From IMG/VR virus record IMGVR_UViG_2585427736_000013: a stretch of DNA of 36,545 nucleotides, one strand, 5' to 3'. The notes under the pieces are model-generated. The model made no database searches, was not told the DNA's origin, and saw only the letters and a list, made by a program, of their open reading frames with translations. The DNA comes from a virus. Its lineage: Duplodnaviria > Heunggongvirae > Uroviricota > Caudoviricetes. The position numbers and the translations under genes were made by a program. Shown here in pieces: positions 26,661 to 35,141 of the stretch. Positions within the stretch are counted from its first letter, which is position 1. Every line of letters starts with the position of its first letter.

Positions 26661-29410
26661 CTGGTCAGGCTACCCCGCAGCAGGTCTGCTTTGCGGTGGG
26701 CGCGTTCAGTGGTTTCACTGATTCTCTGTGCGTGCTCTGCGTCACGGATGGCGCGCAGCATGTCAGAAAGCACGGTAACGGGGGTTTTCATGGTGTTCTG
26801 GTCCTGCTGAAGTGTGGATGCCAGACGTGCGGCGGCTTCGGGGTCTGATGCCCCCAGTTGTTCCAGATAGCTGGCGACCGGGTTATGGCGGATCTCTGTG
26901 CTGCTTACGCCGTGATTACGGCTCAGGCGCTGCCAGAACTGCGTGATTCGGCTGTCCGGGCGGGTATCCGGTTTGCGTACAATTTCAAATCCCTGCGGTG
27001 CAATGATGCTACCGTCAACGTACAGGCTGCCGCCCCGTAACAGGTGCTGCATCTGCTGTTCACCGATATGCAGGCCGAGAGATTCGGCAGATTCCCGCCA
27101 TTCTTTAGCGAGTAATTCGTGGTTATCAGGCAAAGGCCGCTGCTGTTTGCGGCTCTGTGTCCAGCTCTGCATTTCATCACTGCTGTTTTTTGCCTGTTTG
27201 TCACGAAGCGAACGCATCAGCGCCCGGCGTTCGTGCCGTTTCAGTGAGCGCATCCATTCGTTCACTTCAACGCCGTCAGGGAGCTGCGGCCACGGTGCTG
27301 GTCGTTCTTCCGGCTGTTCTGTCCCGTTGTTGTCCGTTTCCTGTACACGGGGACAGTTATTGCCACGAGTCCAAGGGGCGGCAGGGCCGCCCTGAAGGTC
27401 AAAACCATTTTCGCGGGCGCTGTCTTCCGCTTCCGGTTTGCGTCTTACCAGCTTCCAGTTATCCGGATGCGTGCATACGCGGGAAGACTCCCCGATGAGT
27501 GGTGACCAGATCCCGTAAATCTGTACGCTCTGTTCGCCGTAATCGTTCAGCTCATCGGCGAGGTCGTAGGCGGTGCGAATCAGGTAGTCTTTACGTGGAA
27601 CAAGTACGCCACCCTGTTTTTCAATGTAGGAGGCAAAACACCCGGCATCGGCGGCAGCGAGTACCGCATCCATTGCGTCATTCTTCAGCCGTTGCGGGCC
27701 TTCCGGGTTGCGTGCCATCTGGCTGGCAAGGCGGCGGAGTTCACGCCACACCTGACGGGAGGGAATGCCAAAGAACTGGAACTGGCGGACCCGGTGAAGG
27801 CGCGCCCAGCCGATGGCGCGTTCCACGCTCTCGGCCATTGATTTTCCTGTTTCGTGGTCAACGCGTGGCTTGCCCGTTTTCGGGTCGATGCCATCCACGG
27901 CGCGGCTGTCCAGGTTCTTTCCGATGTAGGTGGCGATGTAGCTGGTTGGTGTGCCTTTTGAGCCGTCGACATACTCCACCTTAAAGCGTGGGGTAATATC
28001 ATCACCCAGCTCGTGGCGGTCTTCCTGAATGGCAATATCGCGGGTGATGGCCACGATGCTGTCGATTTCTTCCGGATGAGCAAAGACCATCATGTGCCAG
28101 TGCACGGTGCCGTCATGGTGAGGCTCCACCGTGCGGATGCCATACCAGCGCAGGCCGTCGCGGTTCAGTTTTTTGCGGACCGCCGCAAAAAACGTGTTAA
28201 CCAGGTAATCGCTGGAGTCGCGCATAGTGGCCCCGTTCCATTTGGGGTTCGGATGACCGTTCTCTGTTGTGGCGTGGTATTTTGACGGGCAGGTGACAGT
28301 CAGAAACACCGCTTTGTCGCCACGGGCTTCGGCCAGAAGTTCCAGCCCCTTCATGGTGGCCATCATTTCTGCCTTACGGTGAACCGGGTTACTTACTCCC
28401 GCGTAATACACTGTCTCAAGATCAATCGTGAACCCGTCTTCGTTTTCCAGCATGAAACTTTTCAGGAAATCGCGTGTTTTCTCGCGCTGTGCGCGAAACT
28501 CGCTTAACGCGTCCTGGCTCAGATAGGGTGATGTTTTTCTGGAAACCAGACAGGCGGCGCGGAGTTGTTCTTCTCTCCACTCGCAACGTAACAGCCACAG
28601 TTTGCGTTTCCACCAGTCCGCACAGGTCAGGCGAAGGATTGCGCCCGGTAACAGTTCCGTATCCGGTGCGTTCCTCCGGTCCTTGTCTGTTGTCAGTGCG
28701 TCATAATGCGGCGGCATGGTGTGCAGATGTAACGCCATGCGTGCCAGCATCTGATATGCCTTCAGCGCCACCTCCATGGTCAGTTCACCATCGGTCGCAC
28801 CAAAGTTATCGCAGAGTGTTTCGAAGGTGCTGCTGAACATCGCCGCTGTCATAGTGGCCAGCGTCTGTATCTGGTGCTTGTTGAGCTGTGGCAGGTAAAG
28901 CAAATCGTCCAGGCGTTCACGTCCGGCAAGGGAGCGATAACCCGGAGTTAGCCAGCGACGGTCGGTGCGGTCCAGACGTTCGAATATTTTGCGCAGGGTT
29001 CCGCGCGCGTAACGTTCAGCCTGCCAGTTCTTTTTTCCTTTCTGGCGATCGGCTTCCTGTTTTTTGCGCAGGAAGGAGAGGTGGCGAATAAGCGGGTCGC
29101 GCAGATAGGACGGCAGCAGGCGCAGCGAGGCCATGGCTTCATCCACCGCGCCGCGTGCCTGTCTTCTGGCGTCTCCTGCCAGCGTGATGGTTTTGTCCTG
29201 TTTTTCCTGTGCGTCCAGGCTTTTATTAATCAGGTTGCCCAGTGGCGTGGCGGAGAACGCCGCATCAGCCTTTTCCTGGCGGCGCTCGTTCTCTGCCCGG
29301 TAGGCATCCAGCCAGGAGGAAAGCGCGGATTCAGGAGCGGGGATCCCCGTTCCTTCACGCCCCACTGCGTGGCGCGGTTGTTGCCAGTCCCTGATGTACT
29401 CTGCCGTCAT
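26588..29410 (-). CDS. A: replication initiation endonuclease, gpA-like (rolling-circle HUH family)
   Basis: 940 aa with HUH-type motif (TVHWHMMVFAH); position upstream of the cos-side accessory slot. Confidence 0.88.
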   Translation of the reverse strand: MTAEYIRDWQQPRHAVGREGTGIPAPESALSSWLDAYRAENERRQEKADAAFSATPLGNLINKSLDAQEKQDKTITLAGDARRQARGAVDEAMASLRLLPSYLRDPLIRHLSFLRKKQEADRQKGKKNWQAERYARGTLRKIFERLDRTDRRWLTPGYRSLAGRERLDDLLYLPQLNKHQIQTLATMTAAMFSSTFETLCDNFGATDGELTMEVALKAYQMLARMALHLHTMPPHYDALTTDKDRRNAPDTELLPGAILRLTCADWWKRKLWLLRCEWREEQLRAACLVSRKTSPYLSQDALSEFRAQREKTRDFLKSFMLENEDGFTIDLETVYYAGVSNPVHRKAEMMATMKGLELLAEARGDKAVFLTVTCPSKYHATTENGHPNPKWNGATMRDSSDYLVNTFFAAVRKKLNRDGLRWYGIRTVEPHHDGTVHWHMMVFAHPEEIDSIVAITRDIAIQEDRHELGDDITPRFKVEYVDGSKGTPTSYIATYIGKNLDSRAVDGIDPKTGKPRVDHETGKSMAESVERAIGWARLHRVRQFQFFGIPSRQVWRELRRLASQMARNPEGPQRLKNDAMDAVLAAADAGCFASYIEKQGGVLVPRKDYLIRTAYDLADELNDYGEQSVQIYGIWSPLIGESSRVCTHPDNWKLVRRKPEAEDSARENGFDLQGGPAAPWTRGNNCPRVQETDNNGTEQPEERPAPWPQLPDGVEVNEWMRSLKRHERRALMRSLRDKQAKNSSDEMQSWTQSRKQQRPLPDNHELLAKEWRESAESLGLHIGEQQMQHLLRGGSLYVDGSIIAPQGFEIVRKPDTRPDSRITQFWQRLSRNHGVSSTEIRHNPVASYLEQLGASDPEAAARLASTLQQDQNTMKTPVTVLSDMLRAIRDAEHAQRISETTERAHRKADLLRGSLTSGNKKQTETGLTNPVNEQKTRRDI

Positions 29411-29416
29411 AGTGAT

Positions 29417-29782
29417 TTACTTCGTCATGCCATTCAGGGTGTCGCGGCAGACTGTAGCCAGCCGCTGAATTTCCAGCACGGTGTCTTCTGTGTCGGCATG
29501 GCGATGTGTGATGCGGATGCTGTCGGCAATCACATCGACGATTGCAGAGGATGGGCGCTGGTAAATGCCAATAACGTACGGGGTGCCACCTTCAATGCGG
29601 TAAAGCCTGTAATTTCCCTCGTGGCTGTCAATCATGTAGCGACCATCAATAACAATCTTTCCGTCAGCGAGCTGCGGTACAGGCAGGGATTTCAGGTACA
29701 TGTCATAACGTTCACGCACGCGAACGGCAAGATCACGCTCTGTGTTGAGCAGGTATTCAAGAAAGTCGTTGGCGAGAATCAT
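29417..29782 (-). CDS. hypothetical phage protein (121 aa) immediately upstream of A
   Basis: Compact ORF, 6 nt from A start, same strand. Confidence 0.55.
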   Translation of the reverse strand: MILANDFLEYLLNTERDLAVRVRERYDMYLKSLPVPQLADGKIVIDGRYMIDSHEGNYRLYRIEGGTPYVIGIYQRPSSAIVDVIADSIRITHRHADTEDTVLEIQRLATVCRDTLNGMTK

Positions 29783-29854
29783 TGCGGCAATCCTCTTGTT
29801 ACAGATGTGCGAAGGCCTCCCGCCGCAAGGTGCAGGAAAGGCCCGGAACAGGAA

Positions 29855-30085
29855 TTAATGGAGTTTGTTTTGCTGCTGGATGAGCTGCTGAAGCTCGCGC
29901 AGATCATCCGCCAGATAGCTGAAAACAGCGGATGAGTAGAGGTTTGAAAGTTCGCAGCTACGCTCATGCAGCATATTGATGTGCATGATTTTAGCGACGC
30001 GGAATGCGCGGGAAAGTCTGCGGTTGATTTCAGTCTGGATGTGACGACGCTCCGCGATAGCGCGGTGCTGTTTGCGGTTTGCCAT
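29855..30085 (-). CDS. hypothetical phage protein (76 aa)
   Basis: ORF with basic helical character; weak ribosome-binding site. Confidence 0.45.
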   Translation of the reverse strand: MANRKQHRAIAERRHIQTEINRRLSRAFRVAKIMHINMLHERSCELSNLYSSAVFSYLADDLRELQQLIQQQNKLH

Positions 30086-30452
30086 GGTGTGGCCTCGTAC
30101 GTAGTAAGTTTTTGAAACTCACCAACCCGAGGTTCCAAGCTCAGGGTGGCGAGACGTACAGGGTTGGAACTACCGGCTACGCACGAACCCGGCCCGACCG
30201 AAGTCGGCCCCGTACGCCCCGCCATAATTCTGACGTGAAAAAGACGTGGCGATACAGTACGCACAAAAAAACCGCTGGCGCGGTTGTGCGCGTGCATAGT
30301 CGGCGGGGTTCCAATCCCGGCACCCGCTTTATGAGGTGCAGCGGAAATGTAACCTGACTGATTGCGGCATGGCAAGCGGTTTTTTTGTGAGAACGGCATA
30401 CTAAAAAATCCTGATACTGCTCCGGCCAGCGGTTTTCACTGGCCGGGTTTAA
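30086..30452. other. GC-rich structured non-coding stretch inside the early operon (candidate ncRNA or regulatory region)
   Basis: About 370 bp with no credible ORF; hairpin 30422-30446; minus-strand terminator-like CCGC/GCGG stem plus U7 (30265-30283); plus-strand hairpin followed by T7 (30362-30386); several other inverted repeats. Confidence 0.3.
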
Positions 30453-31283
30453 TTACTTCACCGGAACAAACGGAACAGCGGTATTGCTGGTCATGTATTG
30501 CGGTAGCGTGCCGTTCCATTTGTTGATTGCTTCCAGCTCCATAACGCCGGGATTCTGGCGCAGAGCTTCACCGCGTAAACGAATGGCGTCGGCTTCAGCC
30601 TGGGCTTTTGTGCGAATGGCATCAGCCTGTCCGGCAGCTTCTGCGCGCAACATGTTGGCTTCTGCTTCGCGTTGCTTGACTTCCTGTTCGCGTTGCAGGG
30701 TTTTCTGGTTTGCCGTGACTTTGGCGTTAATGCTGTCGATAACGGTTGGCGGATATTCCGGTTTACCGACATAAGAGAGGCTCATGACCTGAATGCCGAT
30801 GGGGGTCATCTCTTCCTGAATATCTTTAAGTGCTGAATCCAGCAGTTCAGACTTGCCACCGTCGATGAATTTATCGGTGGTCATTTTGCTGGCCAGTCGG
30901 TTGAGTGCGTCGGCGATCTTCTGGCGCAGGTCAGTGTCGGTAATGTCGTCCACGCCTTTGCGGTAGGTCTGAAACACTGTGGTAACTTTGGATGGATCGA
31001 CCTTGTAGGCCACGCCGATGTGATAGCCGATGGTTGTGCCGTCACTCATCTGGAAGCTGAACGGGTCATCGTAGGTCTTCATTTGTTTGAAGGTCGGGAA
31101 GATGTAAACCTCGGTATTCCAGCCAGTCCAGTAGCGGCCAACGCCAACCACTTCGCCAACGCCTTTGTCGTCGCCCAGCTTATTGACTTTGATGCCCACA
31201 TTACCTGGCTCAACGCGATCGCAGCCAACCAGCAGGATGGCGGCAAAAAGCGGGAGAATCTGAAAGAGTTTGAATTTCTTCAT
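30453..31283 (-). CDS. SPFH/band-7 (stomatin-prohibitin-HflK/C-like) lipoprotein
   Basis: 276 aa; signal peptide with lipobox LLVGC; SPFH-like core followed by Ala/Glu/Arg-rich coiled-coil tail. Confidence 0.75.
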   Translation of the reverse strand: MKKFKLFQILPLFAAILLVGCDRVEPGNVGIKVNKLGDDKGVGEVVGVGRYWTGWNTEVYIFPTFKQMKTYDDPFSFQMSDGTTIGYHIGVAYKVDPSKVTTVFQTYRKGVDDITDTDLRQKIADALNRLASKMTTDKFIDGGKSELLDSALKDIQEEMTPIGIQVMSLSYVGKPEYPPTVIDSINAKVTANQKTLQREQEVKQREAEANMLRAEAAGQADAIRTKAQAEADAIRLRGEALRQNPGVMELEAINKWNGTLPQYMTSNTAVPFVPVK

Positions 31284-31483
31284 TGTTTGATTTCCTTGAT
31301 GTACTTACTGAAAAGGCGAACAACGCCTGCCGGGTACAGCATGGCAATGAAAATGCCCAGCAATACCAGGAAGGAGCTGTCTGATGAAATCATTCGGGGG
31401 AGTAGTCCTGCATACAGAATGAGAGAGACGAGGACGCATACCAGCGCCCACATGTATGCGCGAAACCAGGTCTTGTTGTTCAT
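31280..31483 (-). CDS. small two-TM membrane protein translationally coupled to the SPFH gene
   Basis: 67 aa with two hydrophobic helices; stop overlaps SPFH start (ATGA). Confidence 0.6.
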   Translation of the reverse strand: MNNKTWFRAYMWALVCVLVSLILYAGLLPRMISSDSSFLVLLGIFIAMLYPAGVVRLFSKYIKEIKQ

Positions 31484-31494
31484 ATCGCGGTCCT

Positions 31495-31794
31495 TTACTG
31501 GTTAAGGAAAAAATCAAAAACCTTGTCGATGCGTTGCAGCAACTCTTGTTGCATTGCTTCCGGCGTTTCTGGTTCGCCTGGTGACTCCAGCGGTGCGCAG
31601 AAATCAGCGATTTCATGATGGAGCGTCAGGCGAATGGCAGGAGCCATGGTTCTGGCGTGCTCCAGCTCATCCAGCAGTGCCAGCACGGCAGATGGTGAGA
31701 GCATTGCGCGAAACGCCAGTAATTTTTGATGCGTTGCCATTCGTTGCAGGTCAGTCGCCAGTTCGCGTAGCTTCTGGTGGTTGATGGTGCTCAT
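31495..31794 (-). CDS. hypothetical protein (99 aa)
   Basis: ORF in tightly packed early operon; no recognisable motif. Confidence 0.5.
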   Translation of the reverse strand: MSTINHQKLRELATDLQRMATHQKLLAFRAMLSPSAVLALLDELEHARTMAPAIRLTLHHEIADFCAPLESPGEPETPEAMQQELLQRIDKVFDFFLNQ

Positions 31795-32036
31795 GCTCTG
31801 GCTTCCTTCAGTAGCTGGTTAAACATGCGGGTGAGTGGGTTGCTGCACCCGAACGGCATCGGGTTTACCTGGTAAGAGAACCGACCGCCTGTTTTGCGTT
31901 TTTCTCTGATGACTAAGCCGTCGAGCCAGAGTCGGCGTAACTCCGCATTAATGGTTGTGGTTGGGGTATTCAGTGCTGCGGCGATTTCTCCACCGCTACA
32001 ACCCGGATTGGCGGCGATGTAGTCCAGAATGGTCAT
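31791..32036 (-). CDS. winged-helix DNA-binding protein (81 aa)
   Basis: ILDYIAANPGCSGGEIAAALNTPTTTINAELRRLWLDGLV resembles a winged helix-turn-helix; start overlaps upstream stop. Confidence 0.5.
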   Translation of the reverse strand: MTILDYIAANPGCSGGEIAAALNTPTTTINAELRRLWLDGLVIREKRKTGGRFSYQVNPMPFGCSNPLTRMFNQLLKEARA

Positions 32037-32254
32037 CTGCGTGACTCCTGTACCTGTCGGATAAGGTTCCCCCGCGCCACATTCGTGGCGCAGAAGTAAG
32101 TGCCGTCAGTGAGATAGATGTGATGTGCATCTTTTTCTGAACGGTGTTTGTCGATAGTGGTAATCAGGCGTTCGTCGACCTCGTATTCGCGCCCTCTGGA
32201 GGTAAAGCGAACGACGGGAAAATGCTTAATTGCCATTACGCTCTCTTTGTCCAA
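32033..32254 (-). CDS. hypothetical protein (73 aa)
   Basis: ORF with overlapping stop/start coupling. Confidence 0.5.
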   Translation of the reverse strand: MDKESVMAIKHFPVVRFTSRGREYEVDERLITTIDKHRSEKDAHHIYLTDGTYFCATNVARGNLIRQVQESRR

Positions 32255-32259
32255 TAGCC

Positions 32260-32670
32260 CTATGCGTTAAATACGGCACGTTGCGTGCCATCAATGAATG
32301 CGGCCTGAGTGCGTTCTATCAGGCGGAGATTTGTCAGAACTTCTGACTCTCTTACGGGGTAATGGGTAATCAGGTATTTGTCCTGCAATTCGGCGATAAT
32401 GATGTATTGCTGTAGCTCCGAGCCAATAATATGAATAAGGTGTCCAATGTCAGATAAATTCAGTCTGGTGGTTGGTTGTGTTTTGAGAACCGTTAGTTCA
32501 GCATCCTGTTTTTCGATGATTTCGGCTGCTTCGGCGGTTACTCTTGTTATCATCATGGCCGTGGTGGCAGGCCCAATCATTCCTTCATTTGTTGCATCCT
32601 GAATGGCTCTGTTTGCGGTCTCCGATATATTTTTTAGCGCAGTTACAATGCCTTTTTCTTTTGCGTTCAT
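32260..32670 (-). CDS. hypothetical protein (136 aa)
   Basis: First ORF after an AT-rich roughly 200-bp gap; no recognisable motif. Confidence 0.5.
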   Translation of the reverse strand: MNAKEKGIVTALKNISETANRAIQDATNEGMIGPATTAMMITRVTAEAAEIIEKQDAELTVLKTQPTTRLNLSDIGHLIHIIGSELQQYIIIAELQDKYLITHYPVRESEVLTNLRLIERTQAAFIDGTQRAVFNA

Positions 32671-32763
32671 TTTTGTATCTCCATTATTTACGTGTGTGAA
32701 TGCCTCCGTTAATTCGGATGGTTTTCACGTTTTCTTATTTAATCTGGTGTTTTATTTGTGCTG

Positions 32764-32877
32764 TTATTCGTCAGAGAAAAAACGCTCAATCTTTTTCACT
32801 GAATGAATAATTCGCATAATGCCAATAGCGCAGATCACCGAAATAATCAGAACAAGCCACGAGATAAATATACTCAT
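32764..32877 (-). CDS. small hydrophobic peptide (37 aa), not in ORF track
   Basis: Hand translation: MSIFISWLVLIISVICAIGIMRIIHSVKKIERFFSDE; ATG overlaps the stop of the upstream 80-aa gene (ATGA). Confidence 0.3.
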   Translation of the reverse strand: MSIFISWLVLIISVICAIGIMRIIHSVKKIERFFSDE

Positions 32878-33116
32878 GCGATATTCCCCAGCTTATACGG
32901 TTCAATATGTTCCCCGCATTCTGCGGCACAGATCAGCTCGGAAAGTTCGTTAAGTGCATCCAGATCATCAGCGTAAAAAGCCACGTCATACAGACTCCGG
33001 ATTGCCCTGGTCAATGAGTCACGGGCTGCACGTTCAGCATGAGCGCCTGATGCACTTAAGCGAAAATAAAAACGCTCAAGTGCTTTGTTAATGAGAGTTT
33101 TATATTCTTTGCCCAT
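32874..33116 (-). CDS. hypothetical protein (80 aa)
   Basis: ORF in early operon. Confidence 0.5.
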   Translation of the reverse strand: MGKEYKTLINKALERFYFRLSASGAHAERAARDSLTRAIRSLYDVAFYADDLDALNELSELICAAECGEHIEPYKLGNIA

Positions 33117-33136
33117 TGTATTTTCCCGGAAAACAA

Positions 33137-33391
33137 TTAAACAAAATCTCTTAATGGTTTACCTGATTCAATGCGCTCAATTGCATCGTTAATGGCCATG
33201 TATGCGGCGTGATCACCTGCATAGCGTGCGCATTCCTGTAGTGACTTTAATCCGCTGATAGTATCGCTTTTTGCTTCCGATAAAGGTTTCACCGTATTTA
33301 ATGCATCACGGGCATTATTATCTATGAGTCGGTGTATGATAAGAGTGTAGGCCGAGGCTATCTCTACCATGTTTTTTGTCGTTGTTGCCAT
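33137..33391 (-). CDS. hypothetical protein (84 aa)
   Basis: ORF in early operon. Confidence 0.5.
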   Translation of the reverse strand: MATTTKNMVEIASAYTLIIHRLIDNNARDALNTVKPLSEAKSDTISGLKSLQECARYAGDHAAYMAINDAIERIESGKPLRDFV

Positions 33392-33394
33392 TGG

Positions 33395-33745
33395 TTAATT
33401 CCCCCGTGGATGCTGAAAACTACGTCCTGCAATTAAGCGGTCAACCGTGCGTAGCGCTTCGTACAATGTAAAATCCTGTCCGAACTGATTGTCGCCGCAG
33501 CTCAATGCAAAAATGCGGTTTCCGGTAAACGGATTGCGTGGGCATTTGTGGACCACAATTCCAGCTTTCTCAATCAGCCAGGTATGCTCGCCGATTTGTT
33601 TTACTGGGTAGCCATCCGGCGTTGCGTGTGTTTCGCTCAGGCTGTAGCGAGAGTTGCTACGTGATGCACTGGTAGCGAAACGGTTAGCGTGGCGTTCCGC
33701 ACCGTTGCGGAAGCGCGGCTGTGAAGAATTGCGCTGTAGTTTCAT
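33395..33745 (-). CDS. hypothetical protein (116 aa)
   Basis: ORF; weak ribosome-binding site; AT-rich upstream region. Confidence 0.45.
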   Translation of the reverse strand: MKLQRNSSQPRFRNGAERHANRFATSASRSNSRYSLSETHATPDGYPVKQIGEHTWLIEKAGIVVHKCPRNPFTGNRIFALSCGDNQFGQDFTLYEALRTVDRLIAGRSFQHPRGN

Positions 33746-33880
33746 ATTAAAACTCTGTACCTTCGGTAAGGTGTACTCGTGTCACCTTGTATTGATTTGT
33801 GGTATTTTTTGTGTGTCTAGGACTTGGACTGGCCGGTTCAGGTCCTGGCTTATGTTTAATTAAATTGTTTAGAGGTTTTC

Positions 33881-34072
33881 ATGTCAGAAGATAAAAAAGT
33901 TGTTAATTTGTTGAGTGACCTTAGTGCTGCTCTGGATAACATTAACCCTCCTAGGGTAAAAACGACGGGTGATAAAGACGCATTAAACGCAGAGATTCAT
34001 ATATTACTGGCGTTAGTAACTGACAAAATTCAGCGTAAATACCCACCTGTCACACAACTGGTTGATTTTTAA
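33881..34072 (+). CDS. hypothetical small protein (63 aa), opposite strand to the early operon
   Basis: AGAGG Shine-Dalgarno 5 nt upstream; AT-rich; convergent with the 140-aa gene. Confidence 0.45.
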   Translation: MSEDKKVVNLLSDLSAALDNINPPRVKTTGDKDALNAEIHILLALVTDKIQRKYPPVTQLVDF

Positions 34073-34078
34073 TTTGAT

Positions 34079-34501
34079 TTATGCCGGGCTGCTCCCGGCA
34101 TCTTCTAGCTGCCATAATGTCTCGTCACCTGATAGAGCAAAACGAAATGAGTGAAGTATATCCTCCCGAGAGAAGCTCACGGCTACAGCTGCGGGAAAGT
34201 CAAATATAATCCCACCTTCATTTTTAAAACGATTACGCAATTGATAGGCTATCGGTTTGATTTGTGCAGGAAGAGTATCTATATCTCTTCCATTGACAAC
34301 AGAATCTTTGTTTTCCAGTACTGATTTAGCGATTAGATATAGATGCCAGTAACTGGTTACAATTGTTACTCCTGTGATGTGTCGTAAATTAATTGCAATT
34401 CGTCCGTTATTATATTTTTCCGCAAGGTATTTCAGGTTATCAATTAATGCTTGGTCATTTTTTGAAATAGTTATTGTGAAATCTGACGTGTTTGTTTTCA
34501 T
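34079..34501 (-). CDS. hypothetical protein (140 aa), AT-rich cargo directly downstream of cox-like gene
   Basis: ORF 5 nt after cox-like stop; visibly AT-rich; no recognisable motif. Confidence 0.5.
   Translation of the reverse strand: MKTNTSDFTITISKNDQALIDNLKYLAEKYNNGRIAINLRHITGVTIVTSYWHLYLIAKSVLENKDSVVNGRDIDTLPAQIKPIAYQLRNRFKNEGGIIFDFPAAVAVSFSREDILHSFRFALSGDETLWQLEDAGSSPA
34081..34101. terminator. hairpin at convergent junction of the 63-aa and 140-aa genes
   Basis: ATGCCGGG-ctgct-CCCGGCAT (8-bp stem) inside the last codons of the 140-aa ORF. Confidence 0.3.
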
Positions 34502-34505
34502 ACGA

Positions 34506-35027
34506 TTAGTTGCCTCTGTTGTTTCTGAGTTGGTTCAGTTTTGAGCTTCTGCCTGTATAAACTCGCTTACCGTTAATGGTCTGGCAGTCTTCTTTATTAG
34601 CTGGAGAGAACTTCCTTTTCTGGCGGTCATACGTCCAGTAACTTTTCCAGTTGTGCCATTCTGGGGGCTCGTGCTCTGGTAGCTCATCAGCCAACTTGTC
34701 CCACTCTTTGGCGTTAAACCACCATACTCCGTCTGAGTTTTCATCTTCCGGGTTTGTGCGCGTCTTGTGTCCCGGCATTTGACCGCGATGAATGGCTACG
34801 CGCAGTGCAGATTTTGTTAGCCCAATATATGCCGCGCCTTTTTCCAGAGAGCAAAGCCCGGCGATCGGACCATCCAGCCGTAAAGTCGCTCCTTTTTTGT
34901 AGGAACGCTTTTTCTTGTTTTCTTCGTGTTCGTCGTCGTTGGCAGCATCAATGGATCCGCTGAGTGCGTCACTTTCCTGAAGTGGTTGGTGGTCAGATAA
35001 CTCTTTATCGGCAATGAAGTCCCGCAT
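34506..35027 (-). CDS. cox: Cox/Apl-like excisionase-regulator with N-terminal acidic extension
   Basis: 173 aa; central region (AAYIGLTKSALRVAIHRGQMPGHK...GVWWFNAKEWDKLA) resembles P2 Cox as recalled; divergent from C. Confidence 0.65.
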   Translation of the reverse strand: MRDFIADKELSDHQPLQESDALSGSIDAANDDEHEENKKKRSYKKGATLRLDGPIAGLCSLEKGAAYIGLTKSALRVAIHRGQMPGHKTRTNPEDENSDGVWWFNAKEWDKLADELPEHEPPEWHNWKSYWTYDRQKRKFSPANKEDCQTINGKRVYTGRSSKLNQLRNNRGN

Positions 35028-35069
35028 TTGTTATCCTCTTGCGTTGGTGCGCTTATCGCGCCTTGTTAT

Positions 35070-35117
35070 GGTTTGTTTTGGTTTGTTTTGGTTTGTAAAG
35101 ATAATCGTACGGTTATC
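35070..35117. promoter_or_regulatory. operator-like repeats in the cox/C divergent promoter region
   Basis: Three tandem 10-bp repeats GGTTTGTTTT (35070-35099) followed by near-palindrome GATAATCG-ta-CGGTTATC (35100-35117). Confidence 0.5.
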
Positions 35118-35141
35118 TTTGTGCGAGAGGTTAATACTCAA

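Noticed and set aside
30301-30330. tRNA-like T-arm motif (GGGGTTCCAATCCCGG) suggesting a tRNA gene or tRNA-derived att site
   Set aside because: T-loop has C where a purine is expected, the flanking stem is imperfect, there is no matching acceptor stem or CCA-proximal sequence within about 80 nt on either strand, and no cloverleaf can be drawn
29779-30399. 206-aa minus-strand ORF and 92-aa plus-strand ORF (30079..30357) spanning the GC-rich region
   Set aside because: Low-complexity Ser/Thr/Arg-rich translations with no start context, overlapping a better ORF (29855..30085); typical spurious frames in GC-rich non-coding DNA
30086-30452. Possible retron msr/msd element in the structured non-coding stretch
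   Set aside because: No reverse transcriptase ORF anywhere in the window
35070-35099. Tandem 10-bp repeats as a possible CRISPR array or mini-satellite
   Set aside because: Only three contiguous copies with no spacers, located in the divergent immunity promoter; better explained as operator sites
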